Assembly (NCBI RefSeq): GCF_001194135.2
Contig: NC_068981.1
Span: 58,125,753 to 58,189,752 of the forward strand
DNA length: 64,000 nucleotides
Origin: Octopus bimaculoides
Lineage: Eukaryota
Reading direction: 5' to 3'
How positions within the stretch are numbered: the stretch's first letter is position 1; each line of letters opens with the position of its first letter. Position numbers and translations under genes: made by a program. Shown here piece after piece: positions 12,761-24,260 of this stretch. Under the pieces are notes generated by a model, which saw nothing but the letters and a program-made list of their open reading frames with translations, did not search any database and was not told where the DNA came from.

Positions 12761-12989
12761 ATCCATACACACATGTTGAGATGCATGATACTGAAATACA
12801 TATATGTAGTTATAAATAACCGTATGAGAGTACATAGTTTTATACATATGTACGTATGTGTAGATGTATGTGTGTGTGTACATGTGTGTATGTGTTGTGT
12901 GTTACTGGACGGTTTCTGTGTTGAAGCTCCTAGGAGCTTGTTCTCAGGTCCTTTTCCACTAGTACAATTAATTCGTCATGTGTAGTACA

Positions 12990-13850
12990 ACACTTCAACA
13001 GTTGTAGCTAATAGTAACAGACAGTGTCAAATTTTGCAGGAAGCTCCTTCCAGTGTGCATCAAGCCTGTTCTTGAAGGCATTGGAGCTGCAACCACACTG
13101 TTTGACAGACTGTTCCAGGTGGCGGTCACACGCTGTACAAAAAAGCAGCTTCTAATCTTGAGCCTGCAGTGTGATCTTTCCAATTTCAGGCTGTGTCCTC
13201 TCATATTTCTGTCTTGGAAGTAGTTGAATTGGGGGCAGCTGGTCAGGTACAGGCTGTGCATATACTTATACATGTTGATCATATCCCCCCTGAGACGGCG
13301 ATGTTCAAGACTAGGCAGGTTTAGTGCAGCCAAGCGCTCTGGATATGGCTTTTCTTTCAAGGATGCAATGAGTTTGGTGGCATGCCTCTGAACATCCTCC
13401 AACTCACAACACATTGCTTTATGCTGGGGTTGCCAAACTGTGTGTCCATATTAAAAAATCGGGCAAACTAGAGATTTTTACAGCTGCACAAAGACAACAA
13501 GGGTGATGAAATCAAATGATCATCGGATGACTCCAAGGGTTCAATTTGCTTTTGCAGTTGCTTGGTTTATATGGTTCCTGAAGGTCAACCCTTTGTTGAT
13601 CAAGATACCAAGATCCCCCTCCACCTCACTTACTGCTAGCTCCACCACAGTCCGTTCCCCCTGTGCATCCTGGTCTCTCGTAGTATTTCCTGCCTGTTTT
13701 CACATTCCCCACTCTCAAGACAGAACACTTTTCAGGATGGAACTGCATTTGCCAGTTCGTTGACCACTCGTGAAGGCAATCCAGGTCGTCTTGCAGCATT
13801 GCCATGGTCACATCAACGTTATTCCTTGCGAAGATCTTTGTGTCATCATG
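12990..13850 (-). mobile_element. CR1-clade LINE 3' fragment
   Basis: LQDDLDCLHEWSTNWQMQFHPEKCSVL and LEDVQRHATKLI..YPERLAALNLPSLEHRRLRGDMI..FFVQRVTATWNSL. Confidence 0.92.
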
Positions 13851-15039
13851 AACTAACTGTTACTTTCTCAGATGCAGCATGGAATTTTGTCAGTGAACAG
13901 GTTGTGGTCTCAATGCAACGAAAATATTTTGGCAAATTAGATTTAAATGTTGAAGTAAATGTAACGGTTTTTGTGTGTTTTTAAATGGCTTATAAACACT
14001 TTCCATGCTGCAATTGTTTTCGTTCCAGCACACAATCTAAGATCAGGTCACTTGCTATGCAAGTACATCTCCATGATAAAAGAATAGATTCTTACAAATG
14101 TGGTTTGAAAATGGACAGTAATTCAAGCATAGAAAAGTAAGAATTTCAAATTACAATGAGCCTGTGAAGTCAACTGAGTAATTCATGTTTTGTAGAAAAT
14201 GTATTGCGCAAAGTCTTTATGAATTGAGGTTCTTCTTTGAGTGCCTGACTGATTAGATTGAATAATGTTGCTGTGGTGAGAACGAGTGGGGTGGGGGGAA
14301 ACTAAAATTAAAGAAAAGATACTGTGAAATGGTTTAACATTCAACTTAAACCTGTCCTCTCTTTTAGATAGGTCAAATTAAAGGTTTTATATAAAGAATA
14401 TTCTAATGATTCCTATGGAGCTAACTTTTATTGAAAAGAAAGTACATAGTGAAATAGCTTGATAATGCTTTGCATATTGGTACTTCACATAATGACTTAT
14501 TATGTGATAGATTGTGAAGCTGGTTAATAGTGAAGTTATAAGGAAAACATTACTTTCTTTAATAAAAGCATAATTAATTTCTGCTCAGAATAGTCCATTA
14601 TTGTGTCAATTTATTTCATGAATAATCACAAATTCCATTATGGTAATAACAAAGAATTCATCAGTTTGATCTGAATCACAACACTTAGCAGCAAAGAATG
14701 TTCCAAAGGAATCTAGATGTTTGTTGTCATTGGACTAGCAGCAAACACTTCCAGCAGAATGTGTACATACTGAATTAGATATTGGTACCAAACAATTTTC
14801 AAAAGGAAGTAGGATTTTATTGTTGTTCCCTTGTGAAAAACTGTCAACCAATGCTAGCAGAAGACTGGGAAGAAGTAATCAAATCTGATCCCAAGATGCT
14901 AGACATCATAAAAATTGTAAAAGATGATAATAAAAGGTGAAACACATTGTTGGAACTGATCCATCCAACCCATGATAGCATGGAAGAGCATAACTAATAT
15001 GTTGATGATTGAAGCTTCCTACGCTGACATTTAATTTTA

Positions 15040-15580
15040 TCTGTTGTCCTGTACTTAGTGAATGACTAATTCAATGAACATCATGCTTTACTGCACCTTG
15101 CTACCAGTTATTGTCAATGATAGAAAACATGGGAAAGTTATGTACCAAAATGTAAGACAATATGAGCAAATTAAGCACCAAAATATAATACGACATAAGA
15201 GAATTATGTACCAAAATGTAAAATTCAACCCTAATTTAGGATACTTATCTTGAGCTANNNNNNNNNNNNNNNNNNNNNNNNNNNNNNNNNNNNNNNNNNN
15301 NNNNNNNNNNNNNNNNNNNNNNNNNNNNNNNNNNNNNNNNNNNNNNNNNNNNNNNNNNNNNNTCTGTTGTCCTGTACTTAGTGAATGACTAATTCAATGA
15401 ACATCATGCTTTACTGCACCTTGCTACCAGTTATTGTCAATGATAGAAAACATGGGAAAGTTATGTACCAAAATGTAAGACAATATGAGCAAATTAAGCA
15501 CCAAAATATAATACGACATAAGAGAATTATGTACCAAAATGTAAAATTCAACCCTAATTTAGGATACTTATCTTGAGCTA
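15040..15580. other. Identical 218-bp direct duplication flanking a 105-N gap (likely assembly artefact)
   Basis: 15040-15257 appears identical to 15363-15580; N run at 15258-15362. Confidence 0.85.
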
Positions 15581-15939
15581 TGATATTTCTATTATGATTT
15601 CCATATTTTACATTTTTCTCTGTTTCATAATTCAGCTAAAGTGTACAATGGCAAATATTATTTTTATATCTCAACCATCAGCAATTCCATAGTTATATAC
15701 CATTCCTTGAGTAAGCTACTAAAGCGTAATATAATTACTTGAAAATAGCTACAATAATGTTCTTTGTCAGGAATTATATATATAGTAGGAATTTCAAAGT
15801 ATTTCCTTGGAGACTAATTCCATTCTCTTTGACCACAACCAACCTCAGAAACCAAACTTAACTAAATCTATTGCATAACTGCAACAATACAACATATTTG
15901 AAACTGGTAATTCTGCATTGATGTATTTATGACTTGAAG

Positions 15940-16130
15940 TACTTATACATTTGTTTCCAGTCTTTTGTGAAAAACATGTCTGGCCATGGGGAATATTACA
16001 TTACTTGGAAACATGCAAAGGTTGGTGGAAGGAAGAACATCCCATCATAGAAAATCTGCCTCAACAAATTCTGTCTGACCCATGCAAGCATAGAAAAGTG
16101 GGAATTAAAATAATGACGATGATGATGATG
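15940..16130 (+). mobile_element. SINE 3' tail module
   Basis: TTACTTGGAAAC..AAATCTGCCTCAACAAATTCTGTCTGACCCATGCAAGCATAGAAAAGTGG..ATGATGATG. Confidence 0.75.
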
Positions 16131-17054
16131 TAGGATTGTGTTTGACTTAAAATAGGGCTAAAATATTCCTTATACACCAAATCAATATCCAATTGGAACT
16201 TTTCTAGTGTAGCAAATCAATATACCATAATGTATTTACAGTAATAATATTAGCGCTAACATTAGGGATATTTGATTGTTACTCATGGAAATTTATTTCA
16301 ATGGCAGGAAAACAAGGAAAATATTGACAATCTCTTAGAATTTGCACATCAATAGCTATCTCAACATTCTGTTTGAAAAGAAAGTGGGATGGAAGAAATA
16401 TGAAATCAGTTCAAACCACTTTTGAGTGTTTGATAAGAAAAATAAGAAAAAATGAATATATCAAGTATATACATTGGTGTAGGAAATAATAGCATAATAG
16501 CACTTCATATTACATGAGACTGTTGGTCAGATTGATTTTGAAAGAGTTCTGGAGATAGAATACTTTGTAAATCAAAATATGCAGGTATTAATCTTAATAG
16601 ACAACAAAAACAATGAGAGAAATATTTCTTTGATGAAAAACATTACAACACTGAATACTTTGAAGGAAATACTAATAAAGTAAGAACTAACAATAAAATA
16701 GTTCTTAGATGTGAGTCATCTAGGAAAATAGTTATTCTGAAATAAAACTGATTTAGAGCAAGATTCTAGAAACTTTAGACAATTTCTCTGCCATACTAAA
16801 AATACATGCTCCTCTCAGAGGTTAGCAATACTAAGGCATCCATTCAAATTCTTTTTTATTGGTTTCACTAATTAAATAGTAGCAATATTGGGGCATATTT
16901 ATCAAACATTTTAATCCACCTATTATTCTGTCTGATATTTATTTTGTCAATTTTGGTGAAGAAGAAAGGGAAAAAGGACATGACTACAACAAATCAAAGG
17001 ACAAGGTTGTTTTTTTTTTGATGCACCAGTTTTGCCACCTCATGCTGAAATATA

Positions 17055-17200
17055 TGCACAGGTGTGGCTGTGTGTTAAGACATTTGCTTTTCAACCAAAT
17101 GGTTCAAGGTTCAGTCCCACTATGTGGCACTTTGGGTAAGTGTTTACAACAGCTTCAAGCCAACCAAAGCCTTGTAAGTGGGTTTAGTAGAAATTCATTC
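17055..17200 (+). mobile_element. SINE head module followed by TA/CA tract
   Basis: GTGGCTGTGTGTTAAGACATTTGCTTTTCAACCAAATGGTTCAAGGTTCAGTCCCACTATGTGGCACTTTGGG. Confidence 0.75.
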
Positions 17201-17339
17201 TCTTTCATGTATACATATATCTATATATCTATCTATATACATGTATATATCACACACACATATTCATATATATATAGATATCTCTCTCACTCACACACAC
17301 GTATACATACACATATATATATAATGAGAATATGGATTG

Positions 17340-17600
17340 TGTATAATTGGTTTTGAATGTCCCACTTGTCATACCAATATAGTTTTTTTTCTTCTACCAA
17401 TGCTATTGTTTTGTAGATTATATCTTTTATGCAATGGGTTTCTAGATGTTCAGTTATTTATGGTGTGAATGGTTTTTGGCTTCCTGTGTAGCTGTAGCTA
17501 GTTTTTGTGCTATAGGGAAGCATTTTCAGGTTAACTTCTAAGAAAGTTTTTTGATCACAGATTGAACAACCACAACTTAAAGTACATTTCTCAAAGCTGC
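17340..17600 (-). mobile_element. Old Penelope-like GIY-YIG remnant
   Basis: Minus strand HCIKDIIYKTIALVEEKNYIGMTSGTFKT matches the IY..YIG.T..FK pattern. Confidence 0.55.
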
Positions 17601-17930
17601 TATAACATTTCAAAAGTAAATCTACAGAGAAAAGAACAAGTTTGAAGGAAAAAGTTTAAGCTATTTGTTGTCTTACTAAATAAACTGAAACATAAATGAA
17701 CTAGATTTACATTTGAATGAAGAGGACTAATTTGAATGTGGTGTGCGCATTGAATCTTGAATTTCTTTGTAAGAATCTGAAGGTTTAACAAGTGACAGTA
17801 CCCAGGAGTGAGTTAGGGAGAGATTAAATTGAGTAGAGAGGTCTCTCATCTGTTATTTTAGAAAGACTGAATGACCATGGACTGCACAGCATAAACCCAA
17901 AACCAATGGGATGTGATTGTTACTTGTATA

Positions 17931-19264
17931 TGAGATCCGATCAAAAAGTATCAGGACTGGTACTCTAAAAAGAAAATTACAACACATATCAATTCAGCAT
18001 CTAGTCTTCTTCAAAGTGGTCCTTTGCTGAAGCCACACACTTTATCCAGCAGCATTTCCATTGATAGAAGCATTTCTGGAACTCCATTTTGGGGATAAGG
18101 AGCAGCTGCCTCATCACATTTTCTTGCATTTCTTTGGCAACTCAAAACCTTATCCCTTTCAAGTGAGATTTGGAAAGATGGAAAAGTTGCAAGGGGCAAG
18201 ATCTGGGGAATATGCTAGTTGTAGGACATGGGAAATGTTGTACTTGACCAAAAACTGCTGCACAAGCTGTGCTGAATGAATAGGTGCATTGTCATGGTGG
18301 AGCTGCCATTCACCAGATGCATGCAGTTCTGCACTTTTCTGACAAACAACATCCCACAAATGCTGTAACATGTTATGGTAATACTCCTTGTTTACAGACT
18401 GACCTGGTGGAACATACTCATGATGAACAATACCTCTGTAGTCAAAGAAAGCTGTCAACAGTGTCTTCATTTTGCTTCAACTCAGTCATGTTTTCTTTGG
18501 TCTTGGAGAGGTTGGGGGTCTTCCACAGTGAAGACTGAGCCTTGGTTTCAGGGTCATAGCCATAGATCCACAATTCATCACCTGTTATGACCATTTTCAA
18601 AAAGTTTTCATCTTCCTTGACACAACCAAGATCTTGTGCAACTGAAACCTGATCTTATTTCTGGTTGAGTGAAAGCAGTTTTGGAACAAACTTGGCAAGC
18701 ACACATCTCATACCCAAATCTTCACTGGAAATGAACTGAACTGAACTATAGCTAATATTTACATCCTCTGGCAACTCACGCACAAAAATTTGATAGTCTT
18801 TACAAACAGCTGCATAGACATCAGTGATGTTTTTACCAGTTCTGCTGGTTGTGGGTCACCCAGAACAAGCATTGTTGACATTGTTGACATTTTTTCAGTC
18901 ATCTTGGAAATATTTAAACCACTCATACACTTGTGTCTGGCTCAATCATTCCTCCACATACAGTTTCTGCAACTTTGTATAGGTCTCTGTTCAGGTGTCA
19001 CCAAGCCTTTTGCAAAATTTGACGCAGATTCTCTGCTCAATTTTCTCTGCCATTGTTACTGATGGAACCTCTCTAGTGTGGTGGGATGACCACATTCTAC
19101 ACACTTTACTTCCAAACATAACTATAAATGATAGAAGTGAATGAGAATGTTATAACTTAGTGTGCATGTGAATCAAAGTTCAAGGTCAGTCTGTGCCAAA
19201 CTACTTCACTGTACTTTAGCTCTGGTACCATAGCAACATTCGGATACTTTTTGATCAGACCTTG
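17931..19264 (-). mobile_element. Second near full-length mariner of the same family as 9725-11020, defective
   Basis: TA|TGAGATCCGATCAAAAAGTATCAGGACTG ... CATTCGGATACTTTTTGATCAGACCTTG (right TSD reads TC); HHDNAPIH...YSPDLAPCNF. Confidence 0.93.
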
Positions 19265-20504
19265 TCAGCAACAGAAGTAACAGATACTAAGAGCATATTT
19301 AAAAAGCTTTCAAGGTTCTATAATGTACATATGAATAAAATATTTCTCTACATTGCTAGAAAAAGTAGTAGTGATAAAACAATGAGCACAGATGTAGATT
19401 CCTGCATACATAAATTATTACAAAAATGAAAAATAACAGATGCATGAAAACATACTCACATATGTATGCATGTGTTATCTTTTAATCATTTGAATTCTTT
19501 GTATAATGCAGAAACTGGTTCTAATGAAGAAACAAAGCTTCATTGTTGGAAATTAGATAACAATGGTAAAGAGTTACGTGTTGAACTTTAAGAAATGTCT
19601 TCCATATTTTTACTGTTTTACAGATTGTATTTGCAAAGAATGCATTAGCTGATCATTTTGTATGAAAACCCCAGTTTTTGAGCTTGCTACTTGGACAATT
19701 ACCAACATTGTGTTCTTCTTTTATATGTATGTATATGTATCAGTATTCTGGACAATAAAAGCAACTTTAATATAGAACAAATATGAAAGTCTGGGAATGA
19801 ATACCAATTCATCAACATGTCAACACAATATAGTATAATTTTTCCCTCTCTTTCGGTAGTGACATTATGGTTATTTTTCCTGTTTGTATACATGTTGATA
19901 GTAAGCAGATATTGGAGGAACAGCAGAAGAGAGCACTATTGTGATACAGTGACCACTACTCTAGGTAAAATTCTATTTTAGTTTCATTATATTACTAACC
20001 TTCACTGATAGGTACAGGAATAAAGAACAAAGCATTAGTGTGAATGGAAAGTTCAGTGTGTGTATGCTGAACAGGAATATATGTTTGTATAATTGTAAAA
20101 AAAAACATAACATTATGTATACAACATGCATAGTTTATATGCATGACTAGTTACTAAAAAAAATGAATATATGCACGCTTCAGTGTAAATCTATAAAAGA
20201 TTGTAACAGGAAAGCAATACACCCTTAGATAAAGAGAAATACGCATGTTCATTGCCTGTGTACTTTCTCATGTTTATATATTTATTCATAGGTGTGTGTT
20301 TGTGCATAATGTACTAATGTGTATGTATGCAGACCTCTATGGATACATACTTGCATGCACATGTCTATGTGTACATGTGTATTCATGTGTGTGAGCCAAG
20401 CTTCAACATTATTATTATTGTTGTAAGCAGCAGCAGCAACAACAACTTTACCATTTTTTATTTGCTACTAAAAGAACAAACACAAAAATATTACAATGAA
20501 ATTT

Positions 20505-20668
20505 TTTTTTAAGCTTGTTGATAGCAGGCAAAATAATGTAAAATGAACTCTGCCTGGATGAAATGCTAAGCAGTATTTCACCCTTCGCTATGTTCTGAGT
20601 TCAAATTCTGCCAAGGTTGACCTTGCCTTTCATCCTTTCGGGCTGATAATTAAGTATCAGTGAAACAT
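20505..20668 (+). mobile_element. tRNA-derived SINE, second family (also 45130-45335 +, 40895-41105 -, 39760-39900 -)
   Basis: B-box-like GAGTTCAAATTC followed by TGCCAAGGTTGACCTTGCCTTTCATCCTTTCGGG..TAAGTATCAGT; recurs in the window. Confidence 0.75.
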
Positions 20669-20699
20669 NNNNNNNNNNNNNNNNNNNNNNNNNNNNNNC

Positions 20700-20865
20700 A
20701 GCATTATTCGGTCTCTTTGGGTCTTTGCCATTGAGAGGTTTTTTATGCCATTTATCAGTAAGAATATCTAAGGCAGCAGTTTTAGCACAGGTTTTCATAC
20801 GCTTAGCTTTTTCTCTACTTGTTTCTAGTAAGTCAAATTCTGGAATTTGTATTTGAAATTCACTT
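20700..20865 (-). mobile_element. Non-LTR retrotransposon fragment (R4/Dong-like C-terminal region)
   Basis: AKRMKTCAKTAALDILTDKWHKKPLNGKDPKR resembles the W..KPLHG motif; abuts an N gap. Confidence 0.55.
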
Positions 20866-20869
20866 ATAT

Positions 20870-22023
20870 ATGACGATGATGAGAGAGGTTCCATTGGTAA
20901 GGCAGTCCATTTGCTGCCAGCACCCTCTATGCAGAGGGTTTAGCATGCTGTGGCTAATGATGCGTAGACATGCACTGAGGCTGTGGCATCTCCAGATATT
21001 CTGCCTAAACAGTGAACAGGTGTGGTCACTGTTTGTCAAACTGGCCTTTTCCCCAGCTCATTTCCTTGACTGAGCTGCAGTCCTGGGTCAAAAAGAGACC
21101 CAGACAGGGTGACTGGCATCTGGAATGTTGCCAGGCACTCACTGCCCTCTACCTGATGGGCAATACAGTCAGTGGAACATCCACTCTTGAGTTCTATAGA
21201 GGTTAGTGGTGGGAAAGTGTGATGACACACTTGGAGGGACTCTGGGCATCAAAGAAATCAAATGGACTAGTCTGTTCCAGAGGTCTTTCAAACTGGGGAT
21301 GATGGATAACTTCCAGAAATCCTCGCTTGGCAGTGCTCCCCAGTAGCACTGCCAGTTCGAGATAAACTCTACAGGCATGGAAGTGCTGTGAGATGGACAT
21401 GCCTGAGATGCACACAGAGTGAGGAAGTCATTCTGCATGCACCTGTCCAGTGTCTGTGCATTACTGACTTGTGGAGTTATGTCGAATAGCTGTTGTTGGA
21501 AGGGCAGGCAATTTTCCTCTGTTTGGTGGCAGAAGCAAAACAGGTTGTATGGTGGACAAGGTTGAAAGGACTGAAGACAGACACTTTTCTATTTGGCCAA
21601 TCCCTCATCAACTTTTTTCAAATTTCACTTGGAAAAGAAGATAAAGGTAGAGAGAGAAGTGATGCCCTCAGTACATTTGCTGAATGTAGTGAAAATGGCC
21701 CGTGTGTGTGGATCTACTCTAATAATGTGCCTGTAAGCTGGTGAATTTGAGGAGGAGAGGGGTACCCTTCTTGAGTACCCTTGAAGCATCGGGTGGTTCA
21801 GGATTGATGGGGTACCTGAACCAATCCTGGGTGTTTATCCCCCTTATTGGGGAATTTTCGTTGTTATATTTTTCTTATTTAATGTGTATTATTGGTTTCC
21901 TAACTGTTTACTCATTTTGTGTAAAACCCCCACTATCCCTGTCTACTGTATTGTCCTCTATATATCAGCCCTGGTAATCAATAAATGAAATTATTATTAT
22001 TTCCATTATTGTTATTGTCATTA

Positions 22024-22060
<37 letters not shown>
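20870..22060 (+). mobile_element. Tx1/L1-group LINE 3' end with zf-RVT region, 3' UTR and (TTA)n tail
   Basis: LPVRDKLYRHGSAVRWTCLRCTQSEEVILHAPVQC...LWSYVE and CLVAEAKQVVWWTRLKG; AATAAA at ~21981 followed by ATT/TTA repeats. Confidence 0.8.
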
Positions 22061-22063
<3 letters not shown>

Positions 22064-23419
22064 AAGTGTAGTGAATGGTTGGTTGAACAAAATGCCTTGT
22101 ATTTTATTACATTCCTTTATGTTCCAGGTTCAAGCCCCACAAATATAGATTAAGTATTTGGTTTAACTGATTGTACCACTCCAGGACACTACTATAAGAT
22201 CATACCAAAAACACTATTTCTTCGATTCATTCTAGACAAACATTAAAACCACATAAAAATAAAAGCAATGTCATTAACCTCATTAATTCTGAACAAAGTT
22301 GAAAGAAACACCACAAACAATAATGCAGAAGAGCATAACTGTCACATAACAACAAAGTGCACTCTTCCCAACTCTACTATGGTTACCACTTAAATTGCAA
22401 ATGAGAGTATATCTTGAACATTTGGCAAGCAATGTTAGAACCTCCATGCAATGTCAGATGGAAGAAATTAACTGTTAAAATGCATAAAAACCAAATATTC
22501 ACATGAGGTGTGAAAATACTGAAGTATTCCAAGCATATAACACTACATGCCTACAGAACACATACAATTGTAATACACTAAGCTTTAAAATGTTGAAAAC
22601 ACTACAATGTTTGGAGTCAGTAGGACCTCAAATGTTCAATTTATACCTATAACCTAAGTCTACTTCAATGATAACAACAGTAGCCTTGTATAATTAACAT
22701 TTTTCCTTTGTTGTTAGATTACACTGCTATCTTCTATGAACCCCATACTAATTAGCAAGAGGAGGATTTCTGTGCCACATATTTTGTCAGCTTGTGTTAA
22801 TATTGGTTCGTTTTGATAGTGTTGCGTTACAGTTAATAGAATTAATAAAAGATGAATTTAAAATCAACTCCAAAATTTTGCAGATGGTTTGTTGAATATT
22901 CTGTGAGATAGTTCATCAAAAGTTGTTTATGGGTTGAGGAGGATTCTTTTCACAAGACTATGAAAATAATTTTTTTTAATGCTTTGGTTTGGCCGAAGGG
23001 TCTGTACTTATGACCTTCACAATGTCCTCAGAGCAATGAATTCAATTTGGTTGTTGTTTTTAAACAATTACAAATGGATTGTTGCATTAAAAACATTGAA
23101 AGGAGTTGATTTCTAGAGAAAAGTCATTCTGATGAAGAAGAACTCGGAATTTGAATAAACTCCATACACTGGACTGTTATAGCAAGAATAAAATAAGGAT
23201 TATTTGACAAGCCAATAAGGGAGTCTATGTGATTGCACAACCTGCTAGAAATAACAACCAAATCTCCCTTAAATTACACCCAACTGTCTTAAAAAAGAAT
23301 GACATAGTAGAGGATTACAACTGACTTGGAGCTAAACTACTACAAAGGATAGAATGAAAACCCAAAAGTAAAGACTCCATGATACTCATCGTCAAGAAGC
23401 ACTACATCATCATCACCAT

Positions 23420-23600
23420 CATTATTTAACATCCATTTTCTATGCTGGCATGGGTTGGACAGGTTGACAGGAACTGTTAAGGCCAGGGACCACACAAAAC
23501 TCCATTGTCTGTTTTGGCATGGTTTCTACAGCTAGATGCCCTTCCTAATGCCAACCACTTTACAGAGTGTACTTGGTGCTTTTTACATGGCACCATTACT
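23420..23600 (-). mobile_element. RTE 3'-end/SINE tail copy
   Basis: CATCATC..TTTAACATCCATTTTCTATGCTGGCATGGGTTGGAC..GATGCCCTTCCTAATGCCAACCAC. Confidence 0.8.
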
Positions 23601-23939
23601 GACAGGGTCGGGAGAGAGTAATAGTGGTGGGGGGGGGCATTGTGCCAGTTGATGAGAGATTAAAGCTGTAGAAGAACAGGGGTAGCCATGCTGTTGTAGA
23701 GTAGATACATGAATATTCCAGTTGATAGAGAAAGGAAGGTGAGTGAGAGTGAGTCAATGAGTAAAATAAAGAAAGCAATAGTGAGAGAGATGGTGAAGAT
23801 GCATTGGAATGTGTCCTCAAGAAATATTGGGGCAGTGTGTGAGAATTAGTGAGGTGATACAGAAGTTTGGACTGGGTGGGCAGGATAGAAGTGACTGAGG
23901 CAAATGATGGAGTGAAATAAAAATATTATTATGCTTAAC

Positions 23940-24260
23940 TTCAATAAAGCAACACGTCCGTTCGAGCGAGATCATTGCCAGTGCCGCTGGACTGTGCAGG
24001 TGGTACGTAAAATACACCATTTTGAGCGTGACTGTTGCCAGTACTGCCTGACTGGCCTTCGTGCCGGTGGCACGTAAAAGCACCCACTACACTCTTGGAG
24101 TAGTTGGTGTTAGGAAGGGCATCCAGCTGTAGAAACTCTGCCAAATCAGATTGGAGCCTGGTGTAGCTATCTGGTTCACCAGTCCTCAGTCAAATCGTCC
24201 AACCCATGCTAGCATGGAAAGCGGACGTTAAACGATGATGATGATGATGATGATGATGAT
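23940..24260 (+). mobile_element. Young RTE 3'-end/SINE copy with (GAT)n tail
   Basis: CpGs retained; ends CCATGCTAGCATGGAAAGCGGACGTTAAAC(GAT)n. Confidence 0.85.

Noticed and set aside
19515-19975. Possible plus-strand exons (cag|AAACTGG..AATG|gtaaag, ETGSNEETKLHCWKLDNNG; and a segment ending CTAG|gtaaaa)
   Set aside because: The linking intron would be only about 58 nt, the spliced frame stops after DCICKECIS, and there is no recognisable protein.
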